This document shows, in pieces, positions 30,066 through 40,219 of a DNA stretch of 64,000 nucleotides (the stretch's first letter is position 1; each line of letters opens with the position of its first letter). The stretch is taken from the IMG/VR virus record IMGVR_UViG_3300022555_000044; one strand, written 5' to 3'. A program made the translations under genes and the position numbers. The notes under the pieces were generated by a model that did not search any database, had not been told where the DNA came from, and saw only the letters and a list, made by a program, of their open reading frames with translations. This DNA comes from an uncultured virus (IMG/VR IMGVR_UViG_3300022555_000044) (taxonomy: Duplodnaviria; Heunggongvirae; Uroviricota; Caudoviricetes).

Positions 30066-31541
30066 TTATACAGATTGAATGATATTCAGAACCGAGATGC
30101 CCTGAGGACGAACCAGCTGAGTACCATAACGGCTCAGCACGGTTAAGCTAGGAATGTTTCCTAGAGGATATGGAGTCAGTACGGCAGGTACATAAGGGGC
30201 GAAAATGTATACCGCTTTCATTTCCTCTACAGGCTTATAAAGACAGAGTGTCTTACCCTGAGGAACTACTGACGATACCAATACTTTCCACTTCCCATTT
30301 GCTACAGTTGCTGACTCATAGCCCATTGTGCCATCTTCGTCACTCTTACCTGTGTAACGGAATTCCTGCAGTGACTCAAACACAGCTGCATCCAAGGGAT
30401 TACAAGCTAGTGTATTACCAGCAGCAATATTGGTATCAGTGTAGATTGAGGCTGACAGAGTATTCAGAACAGGAAGGACGTTCTCAAGCCACTGTTTAGG
30501 ACCCCATGTATAATTAGGACTATAAGAAGCTGGGTTCTTATCGAATGTCAAATTGTGACTGGCGCCATTTAGTCTTTCGCAAGCATAAATGAGGCTGTTC
30601 ACGATCTCACGATCGAGATCTAACACAATTTGCTGACCGATTACAGAAACCAACTCAGCTTGAACATCCACATTGAAGAGGGCCTTGATGTCCTGCTCCA
30701 TCTGGATTGTCCACTCGGTGCTGATCTGACGATCACGAGCAACCAAGCGTAGCTTGTCAATATTAAATGTAACGCGGGGGTTAATGGTATTCTCTTCAAG
30801 AGAAACAGTTGATGTAAATGCAATCTTTGAAATACCAGCTGTTTTACCAAGTACTGTTGATACATTGAGAACACCAGTCAGAAGATTGATGTTACCAGTT
30901 AGTGTATCAGTAATGTTACCTGCGGCATTTGAGATTGTTGCAGAAATATCACCATCAACAGTAGGAGTAATTGATACTGCTACGGTTTCTGTTCCAAAAT
31001 TGAATGTCACGCCAGTAATTGTGAAATCCTTTTCAATGTGAGCAATATCAGAGTTCAATCCAGCAAGGGCAAGAATGTTGGTTTGACCAACAGCTACCAT
31101 TGATGTCAAAGGAACTGTGATGTCTGGGCCACGGGAGATATCAGTGTTTGAAGGAGCCTGGTAGGTCTTCGAATCACCAAATCTCTTGAACATGGCACGA
31201 ACGAAACCACGAACGATTTCTGGCTTATCCATAGGAATCACTGTTACCAATTCCTTAGCAATGGTCTTGGGGAAGAACACGCGTAGGAGTGGGAGAGCAA
31301 GTGTTTCGTAAGGATTCAGCTGATACATTGAATTCTCAAGCAAGCAACGACGAGTATTCTCGGCCAGAAGCTTGAATGATGTCACGTCATCAGAATTCTT
31401 AATACCTTCTGACAGTGACTTGATGTATGTATCAAAATGCTCGTCGTTAACCAGAATTTCTCTGATTGCTCCGGGTTTTGAGGGATCAATACCCGTGCTC
31501 TTTTTTGTAAAACTATAAGCCTCTTTTAGAAGTTTCTTCAT
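30066..31541 (-). CDS. gp23: Major capsid protein, T4 gp23-like
   Basis: PLLRVFFPKTIAKELVTVIPM, RQISTEWTIQMEQDIKA, LDLDREIV, YIFAPYVP, SRYG; lies downstream of portal and protease. Confidence 0.9.
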   Translation of the reverse strand: MKKLLKEAYSFTKKSTGIDPSKPGAIREILVNDEHFDTYIKSLSEGIKNSDDVTSFKLLAENTRRCLLENSMYQLNPYETLALPLLRVFFPKTIAKELVTVIPMDKPEIVRGFVRAMFKRFGDSKTYQAPSNTDISRGPDITVPLTSMVAVGQTNILALAGLNSDIAHIEKDFTITGVTFNFGTETVAVSITPTVDGDISATISNAAGNITDTLTGNINLLTGVLNVSTVLGKTAGISKIAFTSTVSLEENTINPRVTFNIDKLRLVARDRQISTEWTIQMEQDIKALFNVDVQAELVSVIGQQIVLDLDREIVNSLIYACERLNGASHNLTFDKNPASYSPNYTWGPKQWLENVLPVLNTLSASIYTDTNIAAGNTLACNPLDAAVFESLQEFRYTGKSDEDGTMGYESATVANGKWKVLVSSVVPQGKTLCLYKPVEEMKAVYIFAPYVPAVLTPYPLGNIPSLTVLSRYGTQLVRPQGISVLNIIQSV

Positions 31542-31963
31542 GACTTTACTAATCCTTTATTTTTCTTAACCGTGGTTATTCTCTGAAGAAGAGCAAACCT
31601 CTTCTCCATTTCAACTATCGACTGTCTATCTAAAGTTGAAATAATCTCTGTTACAATCAATTTTACTTTTTCAGATATTGAAGTACTAATCAATTTTTGA
31701 ATATCTTGCAGTATCTTATTCTTTAAAGATTCGACTGCAATATCATTTTTCAGTTTAAGAAACCGATTGCGATTTTCAGAAATTACTTTTCTCAACTTTT
31801 TGATCTCAGTCACGTTGTTTGAGAATTGTCCATGTTTTTTTCTTAAATCTTCATAAAACAGTGGAGCAACATGCTCAAGCAAATTATCAAACAAAAGAAT
31901 CTTTGATGCTTGATTGTTATCAATCATATTCGAATCTAGGATATTGGTTTGGGTGATTTTCAC
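31538..31963 (-). CDS. Coiled-coil hypothetical protein in head module
   Basis: Between protease and capsid genes; overlaps both neighbours. Confidence 0.55.
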   Translation of the reverse strand: MKITQTNILDSNMIDNNQASKILLFDNLLEHVAPLFYEDLRKKHGQFSNNVTEIKKLRKVISENRNRFLKLKNDIAVESLKNKILQDIQKLISTSISEKVKLIVTEIISTLDRQSIVEMEKRFALLQRITTVKKNKGLVKS

Positions 31964-32274
31964 TTCTTCACCCCCTGATTCAAACGAAGCATTAAAGAAT
32001 CTTTCAATTTTTTGTTTTCGATTGTTTTGTTTTTTAACGTCTCATCCAAACGAGAAATTGCTTTCTCTGATCTCAATTTTAAATCGTTTAGCTTTTCAAG
32101 TTTTTGAGTTGCTTCAATTGATCTTGATTCCAATAGTTTTTGTGATTTAGATTTGACGATTTCAAAATTATCTTTTTCAAGAAAAATTTTGAACTTTTTA
32201 CAAATATCATTCGAAATATTTGTATTATTTTTAATTTGTTCTATATTAGTTAGATTTCTGGCACTATTAGTCAT
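31960..32274 (-). CDS. Coiled-coil hypothetical protein in head module
   Basis: RBS AGGAG; heptad-like K/E/L composition. Confidence 0.55.
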   Translation of the reverse strand: MTNSARNLTNIEQIKNNTNISNDICKKFKIFLEKDNFEIVKSKSQKLLESRSIEATQKLEKLNDLKLRSEKAISRLDETLKNKTIENKKLKDSLMLRLNQGVKK

Positions 32275-32305
32275 TTGGTATCTTTAACTCCTACAAACGA
32301 ACAAT

Positions 32306-32998
32306 TTATACTGATTTATATCTATTAACTAAATTAATTATTCTTCGCTCAACTAATTCATCAAAGTAGTTAGGAAGGTAACATTTTCCGTTACTACAAC
32401 AAATTAGTTGTTTTGATTCCTTGATAATATGAACAACGTGTTCGTTACGAATCTCTTGAATTGTTGCTGTATTATGACTGGGTTCAGATACACTATCATA
32501 TGTGATTACCATTAGGGGAGCTAAGACTTCTTGAAATGTCTGTCTGTCTTCAACATCAGCCAAACCACGAAGAGAAAATCCAACTGGAACTCTATCCATA
32601 ATTAATCCAGATAGAGTTTTTCCATTATCAGAATATGGAGTAGTTTCGATAACACCGCGAATGAAAGGTCCATCCCAACCCCACTCACGAATGATATGAG
32701 AAACTTCTTTATACATTACTGTTGTTTGTCTTACTTGATCATCAGTAATAGGATGATCTAGTTCACCAACAAAACCACGTTTATCAATCTTAGCTTGAAT
32801 CTTATTCATTGCTTCATCAAGAACTTTTTTGGGATAAACTCTCTTATTTTGATTCTTGATATCTGCTTCCTGTAAATAAGCTTCAAAAATAACTTTACCA
32901 TCTGTATATCTTTTAACTTTTCCAGGAGCAGCAAAAACAGCAGACTCAACTAATACATTGGAAAAAGCTTTCTCTTTTGGTTGCTGTTGAATGCTCAT
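32306..32998 (-). CDS. gp21: Prohead core protease, T4 gp21-like
   Basis: QEADIKNQNKRVYP, GELDHP, VSHII, VGFSLRGL, YDSVSEPS. Confidence 0.92.
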   Translation of the reverse strand: MSIQQQPKEKAFSNVLVESAVFAAPGKVKRYTDGKVIFEAYLQEADIKNQNKRVYPKKVLDEAMNKIQAKIDKRGFVGELDHPITDDQVRQTTVMYKEVSHIIREWGWDGPFIRGVIETTPYSDNGKTLSGLIMDRVPVGFSLRGLADVEDRQTFQEVLAPLMVITYDSVSEPSHNTATIQEIRNEHVVHIIKESKQLICCSNGKCYLPNYFDELVERRIINLVNRYKSV

Positions 32999-33053
32999 AT
33001 TATTAATCCTTAAATTACTATCTTTTTATTTTGTTCTGGTTCTTAAGATAATC

Positions 33054-34259
33054 TTATGTTGCTTTCATTATAAAATGTTTTTCAACATGAGCAGCAATAT
33101 CTTTTACCAGCATATAATAATCAACAATGACTTCATCAATTTGATCTTTATATGTCTTTAAATTTTGAATAATTGTTCTGTAGATACTGAAAGCTTCAGA
33201 TGTTATTCTAGCAACTTCTTGAAGTTCTGTATCTGGAGAATTAGTTAAAATTTTATCCAATAAAGCTAGTTTGTAATATATCTTTTTGAGGATATATAAT
33301 CTACCAACAGCAGTTGCAGTTTTCGATGGTCCTTGATCTATTGGTTGACCAGTCATCGGATCTATAGAACCGGGCATCCCACCCATCATTGCCATCTGTG
33401 ATGCTTGCGGATCAGTGGTATCACCAAATCCTTTTAGTGGATCTGGTGGCTGCGGTGGAGCTATTGGTTGACCTGTCATAGGATCTATTTGTGCATTAGG
33501 ATCTATTGGTTGACCTGTAGCTGGATCTACTTGAGACTGTACATTAGGATCTATTGGTTGACCTGTAGCTGGATCTATTTGGGCATTGGGATCACCTGCA
33601 CCACCAGCAGTTTTATATTCGCCTATTCTTGATTGAATTTCTCTTGTTTGTGCTTGTAATCTAGCAATCTCAGCTTCTTCTTTTGATTGTGGTTTTTCAC
33701 CGGCAACTTCAGCGACAGCTTCTTCATCTTCTTTCTGTTCGGGTTCTTCTTGATTAGTGTTATCTTGTTGTTCTTCATCTTCACCAGGAACTTTAGATAA
33801 TTCTTTATCATTCTCTTCATCTTCATTTACGGTATTTGCTGTGTCAGATGGTTCTAATACATCCTCATCAAGTGATTCCTGTTCTGGTTGAGCTTGAACT
33901 GGTTCTTGTTGCGGTTGTGGGGGTTGTAATGGTTCTTGTTGAACAGATGGTGAAGACTGGACTGGTTCTTGTTTTGGTTCGTTTATTGGATTTCCTGATG
34001 CTAGATTAACATCAGCTGGTTTTTTTATATTGATAGTTTTAACTTTTTCTTTATGTTCTGCTTCTTTTTGTTTTATCTTAGCATTATCCAATTGTGCAGT
34101 TTGTTGTTGATTTTGTGCTCGTAAAAGCTCAGCTTTGGTTCTGATTATTTCAGCTTTCTTTTTAATAGCTACTAGCTTTGGATTATTTTTAATATCCGCT
34201 GCTTCGGTTCCTTCTGCTTCTCTTACTAAAATCTCACTAATTAATTTAAAAGTATTCAT
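33054..34259 (-). CDS. Acidic Q/P-rich prohead core/scaffold-like protein
   Basis: Between portal and protease; low-complexity E/Q/P segments; (I/V)DP(A/M)TGQPI repeats. Confidence 0.55.
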   Translation of the reverse strand: MNTFKLISEILVREAEGTEAADIKNNPKLVAIKKKAEIIRTKAELLRAQNQQQTAQLDNAKIKQKEAEHKEKVKTINIKKPADVNLASGNPINEPKQEPVQSSPSVQQEPLQPPQPQQEPVQAQPEQESLDEDVLEPSDTANTVNEDEENDKELSKVPGEDEEQQDNTNQEEPEQKEDEEAVAEVAGEKPQSKEEAEIARLQAQTREIQSRIGEYKTAGGAGDPNAQIDPATGQPIDPNVQSQVDPATGQPIDPNAQIDPMTGQPIAPPQPPDPLKGFGDTTDPQASQMAMMGGMPGSIDPMTGQPIDQGPSKTATAVGRLYILKKIYYKLALLDKILTNSPDTELQEVARITSEAFSIYRTIIQNLKTYKDQIDEVIVDYYMLVKDIAAHVEKHFIMKAT

Positions 34260-36341
34260 TTAAAATCCTCCACCTACGCCACCAAGAACACCACCCATAC
34301 CACCATTATCCGGAGGTAATTCGCCTATTTCTTTCTTAATCTTTTCCATAGCAGCAAATTTTTCAATTTCATCCCAATCAAGATGTGGCAAGTATTTCTT
34401 TTTCATATACTCAACAGGAACACCCAATGCTTTAAGTGCTTCTATCAATCTCTGAATTTGTTCAACATATTCCATTTGGTGTTCATAGGGACTAATTCTT
34501 GGTTCTTGGAATGTAATTTGAACTCGATCTAATGTTTCCCAATCTTGGAATATCAATCTATATACTTTTTCAAATAATTCTTTTAGAGGAATTGATAGTT
34601 CTTTTTGGTATGAAATAATTGTTCTTGTAAAATTAATATTTTCAGCAGTTAGTAACGATCTATTAGATGTATTTTCTTCTAGACCAAGATAAGGAGCAGG
34701 AACTCCAAGATTTGCGACAATATTGTCTCTCATAAATTTGAGTGGTTCAATATCATCTTGTGGGTTCATACCCCACTCCATTTTATCAAACTCTACAAAC
34801 TTCTTACCATCTCTCATAGGAACGTATATTGTTTCAAATGTAGGAATCTGAGATGGGATAGTATTGATACTGCCCATACTATCTACTGATACTTTTTTCT
34901 TACTCAGACCTTCTTTAATAGATTCAATAATATTTTTAGCATCTCTAGGAAGACCAGTTTCAACGGAAATTACTCTCTTATCAGTAGCATAAGATAATCT
35001 TTTAATCGTTGTTGCTGTTTTAAGAGCGATTAATAACCGACAATCAAAGTTAACACATTCAAAGATAGATTCTCCATACGGATCATTCGTTTCAGTATTA
35101 ATTCTAAAATGAACCATCAATTCTGGAGCAACATATCTTATTTTTAAATCATCATTATTTTTTATTGAATTAAGATAATTGATAATGGTTTGTTTCATAT
35201 CATCTGAAATTAAGATAGTATCGTTTGGATTTTTTAACTGAGTATGAATTTGAGTAACGATACTTGCACATAAACCATCAACCGTATTTGAAGCTGAGTT
35301 CATCATTGATGATGTACTGGCCATTGTTCTTGGATCTATTTTTGGAAAAACAAGATATCCCAAACAAGTTTTAAATCTTTGAGTTTCAAGTCTAATAATA
35401 TATCTTCCATCATGAATAGCGATAAATAGATCACGTAGTTTATGTTTATCTTTATCAGCAGTATCTGGTTCTGGATCTTTCTCCGGATCAGAAAATTCAG
35501 AATCGAATTTTGGTTTACTATCACCGACAGCATGTTCATCTTTACTAATATTTGGATTAGTATAATCTTTAGATGTAACTGCTCTTCCGCCCGAAATATT
35601 TGCGCCTGCAAAATAAGGAGTAACGCCACTCAATACCCCACTGAAATAAGAAGCTTCTATTTGAATTTTATGTTTTCTTATTTCAGTTTCTTCTTTTCCT
35701 TCTTTCATCACTGTCATATTATAATCATAGGAAATAGCAGGACCAAGATCCATAGGTGCATTATTATTCAATAAAAGTTCTTTTCCTTCATGAAGAATAG
35801 TAAGAGCATTTTCACCTTTTGGAGATGCAACAATCTCAATAAAATTATCACCTCGTTTTAATGTAGTTTTAATGATATTTTTGATCTTATTTTCTAAATT
35901 TAGTTTCTTTTCTATTTTCTTACATCTTGCTATTGTTGTTTTAATACTTGTATTTTCATCTTCAATATCGGCAACATATTGCAAACTTGTTTTGGTAATA
36001 TCATCGGGTGAAATAATATGATCAACTAAACATTCTAATGCTCGTTGACAATAAGATATTTTCTTGACTATCGCTTCATATTCACCATATCTAGAAATTC
36101 TTCCGCCCTGATCAAAGGATTGAATTTGTGCTGCGCCAGTTTGCAAACCCTTCAGAACATTTTCAGGAGAAGAATCACCGACTTTAGAAATTAAATTTTT
36201 AATAGTTTCTAAGTATTTATTTCTATCAGAAGATAAACTAAATTTTTCAATGGACCTAAATGATCCATCAATTTCTTTATCGATCTCGGATGTTTTTGTA
36301 CCGAGAATTGAAGTCTTTATGGAATTAAATAAATCATTCAT
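34260..36341 (-). CDS. gp20: Portal protein, T4 gp20-like
   Basis: MVHFR...PYGESIFE, DDIEPLKF...NLGVPAPYL, ENINFTRTIISYQ; size and position fit. Confidence 0.85.
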   Translation of the reverse strand: MNDLFNSIKTSILGTKTSEIDKEIDGSFRSIEKFSLSSDRNKYLETIKNLISKVGDSSPENVLKGLQTGAAQIQSFDQGGRISRYGEYEAIVKKISYCQRALECLVDHIISPDDITKTSLQYVADIEDENTSIKTTIARCKKIEKKLNLENKIKNIIKTTLKRGDNFIEIVASPKGENALTILHEGKELLLNNNAPMDLGPAISYDYNMTVMKEGKEETEIRKHKIQIEASYFSGVLSGVTPYFAGANISGGRAVTSKDYTNPNISKDEHAVGDSKPKFDSEFSDPEKDPEPDTADKDKHKLRDLFIAIHDGRYIIRLETQRFKTCLGYLVFPKIDPRTMASTSSMMNSASNTVDGLCASIVTQIHTQLKNPNDTILISDDMKQTIINYLNSIKNNDDLKIRYVAPELMVHFRINTETNDPYGESIFECVNFDCRLLIALKTATTIKRLSYATDKRVISVETGLPRDAKNIIESIKEGLSKKKVSVDSMGSINTIPSQIPTFETIYVPMRDGKKFVEFDKMEWGMNPQDDIEPLKFMRDNIVANLGVPAPYLGLEENTSNRSLLTAENINFTRTIISYQKELSIPLKELFEKVYRLIFQDWETLDRVQITFQEPRISPYEHQMEYVEQIQRLIEALKALGVPVEYMKKKYLPHLDWDEIEKFAAMEKIKKEIGELPPDNGGMGGVLGGVGGGF

Positions 36342-36741
36342 GGTTTGTCATTTTCGTTCTTAGGACCTTTGAAATCTCATCCTGTTCTAACCGTTGTCTA
36401 AAATAAAAAATAATGTTTTTGATCAAAACATTACGACTACTATAGAATTTAATAAACAATTCTTCATTTTCAGTTCCCATTACTTCTAATGATAATTTAA
36501 TGAAATTTCGTTCAATTGTTTCTAATTGATCTTTTTGAATATTTGTTAAACCCTGTGAAGTATATGCAATAATTTGATCGTTATAAATAACTTGATATGA
36601 TGTCTTTAAGAAATGATCCAAAAGTGATAAGATTATTTTATATTTGTTCATAAATTGGTAACGCTGAACTTGCCGTACCACAGTTGATAGAATAGTAAAC
36701 AAAGAAATTATAAAAAGTATCTCATATAACAAATACCACAT
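36334..36741 (-). CDS. Hypothetical membrane protein
   Basis: N-terminal hydrophobic helix. Confidence 0.55.
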   Translation of the reverse strand: MWYLLYEILFIISLFTILSTVVRQVQRYQFMNKYKIILSLLDHFLKTSYQVIYNDQIIAYTSQGLTNIQKDQLETIERNFIKLSLEVMGTENEELFIKFYSSRNVLIKNIIFYFRQRLEQDEISKVLRTKMTNHE

Positions 36742-37061
36742 TATTTCTTCTCCATGGATAATTTGTTTAGATAAGGTTTGGAGTTTGGAGTAAATCCCTT
36801 TACTGATCTTGATGAATCGGGTCCATCAAGAATTGGATCGTTTTGCATACTCTCTGGGTTTGTATTAGTTATCAGAATAGATTGAACTTCTGATGGTCTA
36901 ATTACTAAAATATCATTTTGTGTTTCAAGAACAGAAATTTTATCTGATGACATAATCTGTAAAATTTGATCTTTAATTTTTTCTGGTGTATCAGAAGCAT
37001 CTGTTAAAATTACAGGTTTAGTTGCATATCTCTGATAAATAATAATTTTTCTAATTGACAT
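36741..37061 (-). CDS. Hypothetical protein
   Basis: RBS AGGAG; TAATG overlap downstream. Confidence 0.55.
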   Translation of the reverse strand: MSIRKIIIYQRYATKPVILTDASDTPEKIKDQILQIMSSDKISVLETQNDILVIRPSEVQSILITNTNPESMQNDPILDGPDSSRSVKGFTPNSKPYLNKLSMEKK

Positions 37062-37171
37062 ATGATCTCCTGGACTTACTGATTTCTTTGTAGAGTTGAA
37101 GTTTTAAATGTACTTAAAAATATTAAATCGCCATTATTTTAATAGATAACCAACATATTATGTTCCATTTG

Positions 37172-37220
37172 AAAAAAAATAAGGGAATGGCAGTTTCAAT
37201 CAAGAAACTACCATTCCCTT
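37172..37220 (-). terminator. Intrinsic terminator
   Basis: AAGGGAATGGCAGTTTC / GAAACTACCATTCCCTT stem (the one mismatch is G-U on minus) with A8 on the left. Confidence 0.8.
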
Positions 37221-37243
37221 GAAGTTACTAATCTAAAAGAAGA

Positions 37244-38644
37244 TTAATCTTCAAAAGATTCTTCAATTTCAATCTCATCTAATTCTGAACTAGTATCAGC
37301 ATTTAGATTCATTTCTCTAATCAATCTTTCTACGATTGTCTCTTCTGTATTTTCTCTAGAGATAATTGATTCTTTAACTTTCGCTTTCTTATCGACATCA
37401 AGAAGATGAGATTCGGGTTCAGTTCCAGCTTCTTCTTCAGCATGTTGAGTTTCTGGTGTTTCTTCTGCTTCTTCTTCAGGAGTTTCCTCTTCTTCATCAT
37501 GAGGAGGAACTTCATGATCAGGATTTTCTTCTGCTTCTTCAGTCATTTCTTCTTCATGAATATGAGACATTTCATCTTCCGAATTTTGTCCAACAATACC
37601 CTGAGCTTCACCCTCATCTAGTTCTTCCGATGGTTCTTCACCTTCAGGCATTTCCGTACCATGTTCTTCACCTTCAGGCATTTCCGTTCCGTGCTCTTCA
37701 TCTTCAGGAAGTTCATCCATACCATCTTCAACTTCTTCATCACCACCGGTTTCGTCTGTTTCTTCCTGCATCTCTTCTTCGTTCATTTCCTCTTCTAATT
37801 TTTCATCGCCAGTTTCTTCTTCAGTTTCATCATCTTCGCCGGGAACTTTAGACATTTCTTCATCATCTGTTTCTTCTGTTCCGGGTTCCTCTGTTTCAGG
37901 TGCTTCTTCACCTGGTTCTTCTGCATCTTCATATTCTTCGTTTATATTTGCAGTTTTTGACATTCTATTCTCTTCAGGAAGACCCTCTGATTCTTCTTCC
38001 ATACCATCGATTTCGTCGTCACCGATAGTTTCATCATTAGAAAGAGATGTACCGCCATCACCGATCTTCATTGCTCTTCCATCTCTAGGATCTTCGCCAA
38101 CTGCTTCAGGATCATGATCACCTTCAGCAGCCTCATGTTCAATTTCAGCTGCACCATCTGCGTCACCATCTTCAAAAATAGCATTTTCTTCTACGCATTC
38201 TGTGCATTCATCTGGATCTCTAGATAGTTCATCATCGCTACCATCTTCAGAAGATTCTGTTGCAAGAGTTTTATCATCAGTTTTAGTATCAGAAATAGTC
38301 TTCTTCAGTTCATCTTTTTTCTGAGGACTTACATGAGCAACACCAGTTGCTTGCGTTGCTACGGTTCCAACGTCGGTTTTCTTGACATCGTTATGAATCT
38401 TGGTTTCAGGACCCATACCCTGAGCAACTCTAGTCTCTTCGCCTTCCTTCATTACTGGTAGATCACCATCTTCCTGATGATACATTCTTTCTAGTACAGA
38501 TACAACATTATTTGCTTTCTTATGAGTAGGAAGCATTCCATTACCTTTATAGTTTAGAATATCATTGACGGTATGCGAGGTTTTCGCCATTCCATCAAAA
38601 CTGATTAAACTCTCTTTTAGAATCTCTGAGTATTTCTTCTTCAT
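37244..38644 (-). CDS. Highly acidic protein, possible head core/internal protein
   Basis: E/D-rich low-complexity 466 aa; PEGEEHGTEM repeats; own upstream motif (38700-38709) and terminator. Confidence 0.6.
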   Translation of the reverse strand: MKKKYSEILKESLISFDGMAKTSHTVNDILNYKGNGMLPTHKKANNVVSVLERMYHQEDGDLPVMKEGEETRVAQGMGPETKIHNDVKKTDVGTVATQATGVAHVSPQKKDELKKTISDTKTDDKTLATESSEDGSDDELSRDPDECTECVEENAIFEDGDADGAAEIEHEAAEGDHDPEAVGEDPRDGRAMKIGDGGTSLSNDETIGDDEIDGMEEESEGLPEENRMSKTANINEEYEDAEEPGEEAPETEEPGTEETDDEEMSKVPGEDDETEEETGDEKLEEEMNEEEMQEETDETGGDEEVEDGMDELPEDEEHGTEMPEGEEHGTEMPEGEEPSEELDEGEAQGIVGQNSEDEMSHIHEEEMTEEAEENPDHEVPPHDEEEETPEEEAEETPETQHAEEEAGTEPESHLLDVDKKAKVKESIISRENTEETIVERLIREMNLNADTSSELDEIEIEESFED

Positions 38645-38728
38645 TATATTTTCTCCATTATGTTATCTGTAACAGCCTACCTTTTAGTTTAAAAACCTAT
38701 AATTTATTCATTATTAAATGTAGATCGT

Positions 38729-40204
38729 TTAGAAAAAACTATTCGGTAATTGATTTTCTTTAGCTGTCACAAAAGGTACTGCATGGTCAATAGCGTTACT
38801 ATCAAAGATTTTGAATTTCGAGAAGCATGATTTTAGAAGTACATGAACATTCTTTGGCCCACTTCTATTTTTACCAATAGTAATTTTAAATTGTCCAAAT
38901 TCAGAAGAAGTTCTAATATCTCTTTCATCTTTTTCTTCTACTTTATTTTTAATGATAGCCACATGATCTGAATGTTCAACCTTCTTGATTGACTCACCCA
39001 TATTCGCTAATGTTACTTCTTCTTTTTCATCATAAGCGCCACGATTTAATTGAGTAACTGATACCCAAGGAATACCTTGCATTACAGCAGCAACTTTCAT
39101 ATCGATAGTTACTTGACCTAATTCTAATCGGTGCAAATCAAAGGTCTGACCAGATTTTAATAGATCAAGATAATCTACGAATGTTCCCGCTAGTTCTCCG
39201 GTATTACCTGCTCTTTGTTTTACAATTTCACCATAAGAAACTAAATCACTTACTGACGTTAATGTTGGTGGAAAATATGCCATCACAATTTTACTATGAT
39301 GATCCATTTGCCATTCTTTTAATGTTTTTGCTATAAGTTTTTTCTTTTCATCAAACTGTTCAATTAAGTCAGTAATTTTATCATTCGTTAAATTACAATA
39401 CAATCGAACCAAAGATTCGTCGACTAAATTTTCAAGAGTGTAGTAAGTATAAATATTTAACTTACCGTCTTCTCTTTTATTTTTTGTTGATTCTACTGCA
39501 TTTTTTAAGAAATTTACTAACAGAACAGATTTACCATCACCACTGGTTCCACCATAAATATACAGTCGAGTAGGTTCAAAACCACCATTCATATATTTAT
39601 CTAGTTCGGCATAACCAGTACTAATAGAATTCTTACCAGAGTAACTAATCGCAATTTGGTTGATTACATCATCATAATTATCATCTGATAAATCTAATTC
39701 TTTAATTGCTGCTCTAGCTTCTTTTCTTTTCTGTTCAAGAACCCGAGTATGAAATTTAGAAATTAAACCCGACCAAGTACTAATAGCTTCTTTAGATGTG
39801 GTAAATGAGTTTGTCTTTAGTTTCTTTGAAAATTCTTCTAGTACTGGAAGATCTTGTGATAAAAAAGATGATTGCTTTTTCTCAGAAATCTGTTCTATCA
39901 CAACAGAAATCTTGGTATCATCAATCTTTCGTTTTTCAATTGTCTTGATATAAGATTCTAAATCAACAAAATGACCACCGCTCAGTATTGTATCAATAAT
40001 ATATTCTGGGGTCTTTTTTTCAACTCGATATTTTGCAGAAATTTTACACAGTTCAAACTTAGACCGAAATTGTATTGCTGTATCTTCTTCATTATATGAA
40101 TCCAGAATAAAACTAATATCTCGAATTACAGTATCTGTAAATTTTGGATTATTATCCAAAAGAACAGCACAGCATAGATTAATAAATTGCTCGGTTAACA
40201 ACAT
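38729..40204 (-). CDS. gp41: Replicative helicase, DnaB/T4 gp41-like (SF4)
   Basis: STGYAELD, Walker A GTSGDGKS, FVDYLDLL, TQLNR, ESIK, KNRSG. Confidence 0.92.
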   Translation of the reverse strand: MLLTEQFINLCCAVLLDNNPKFTDTVIRDISFILDSYNEEDTAIQFRSKFELCKISAKYRVEKKTPEYIIDTILSGGHFVDLESYIKTIEKRKIDDTKISVVIEQISEKKQSSFLSQDLPVLEEFSKKLKTNSFTTSKEAISTWSGLISKFHTRVLEQKRKEARAAIKELDLSDDNYDDVINQIAISYSGKNSISTGYAELDKYMNGGFEPTRLYIYGGTSGDGKSVLLVNFLKNAVESTKNKREDGKLNIYTYYTLENLVDESLVRLYCNLTNDKITDLIEQFDEKKKLIAKTLKEWQMDHHSKIVMAYFPPTLTSVSDLVSYGEIVKQRAGNTGELAGTFVDYLDLLKSGQTFDLHRLELGQVTIDMKVAAVMQGIPWVSVTQLNRGAYDEKEEVTLANMGESIKKVEHSDHVAIIKNKVEEKDERDIRTSSEFGQFKITIGKNRSGPKNVHVLLKSCFSKFKIFDSNAIDHAVPFVTAKENQLPNSFF

Positions 40205-40219
40205 TGATCACTCCTTATA

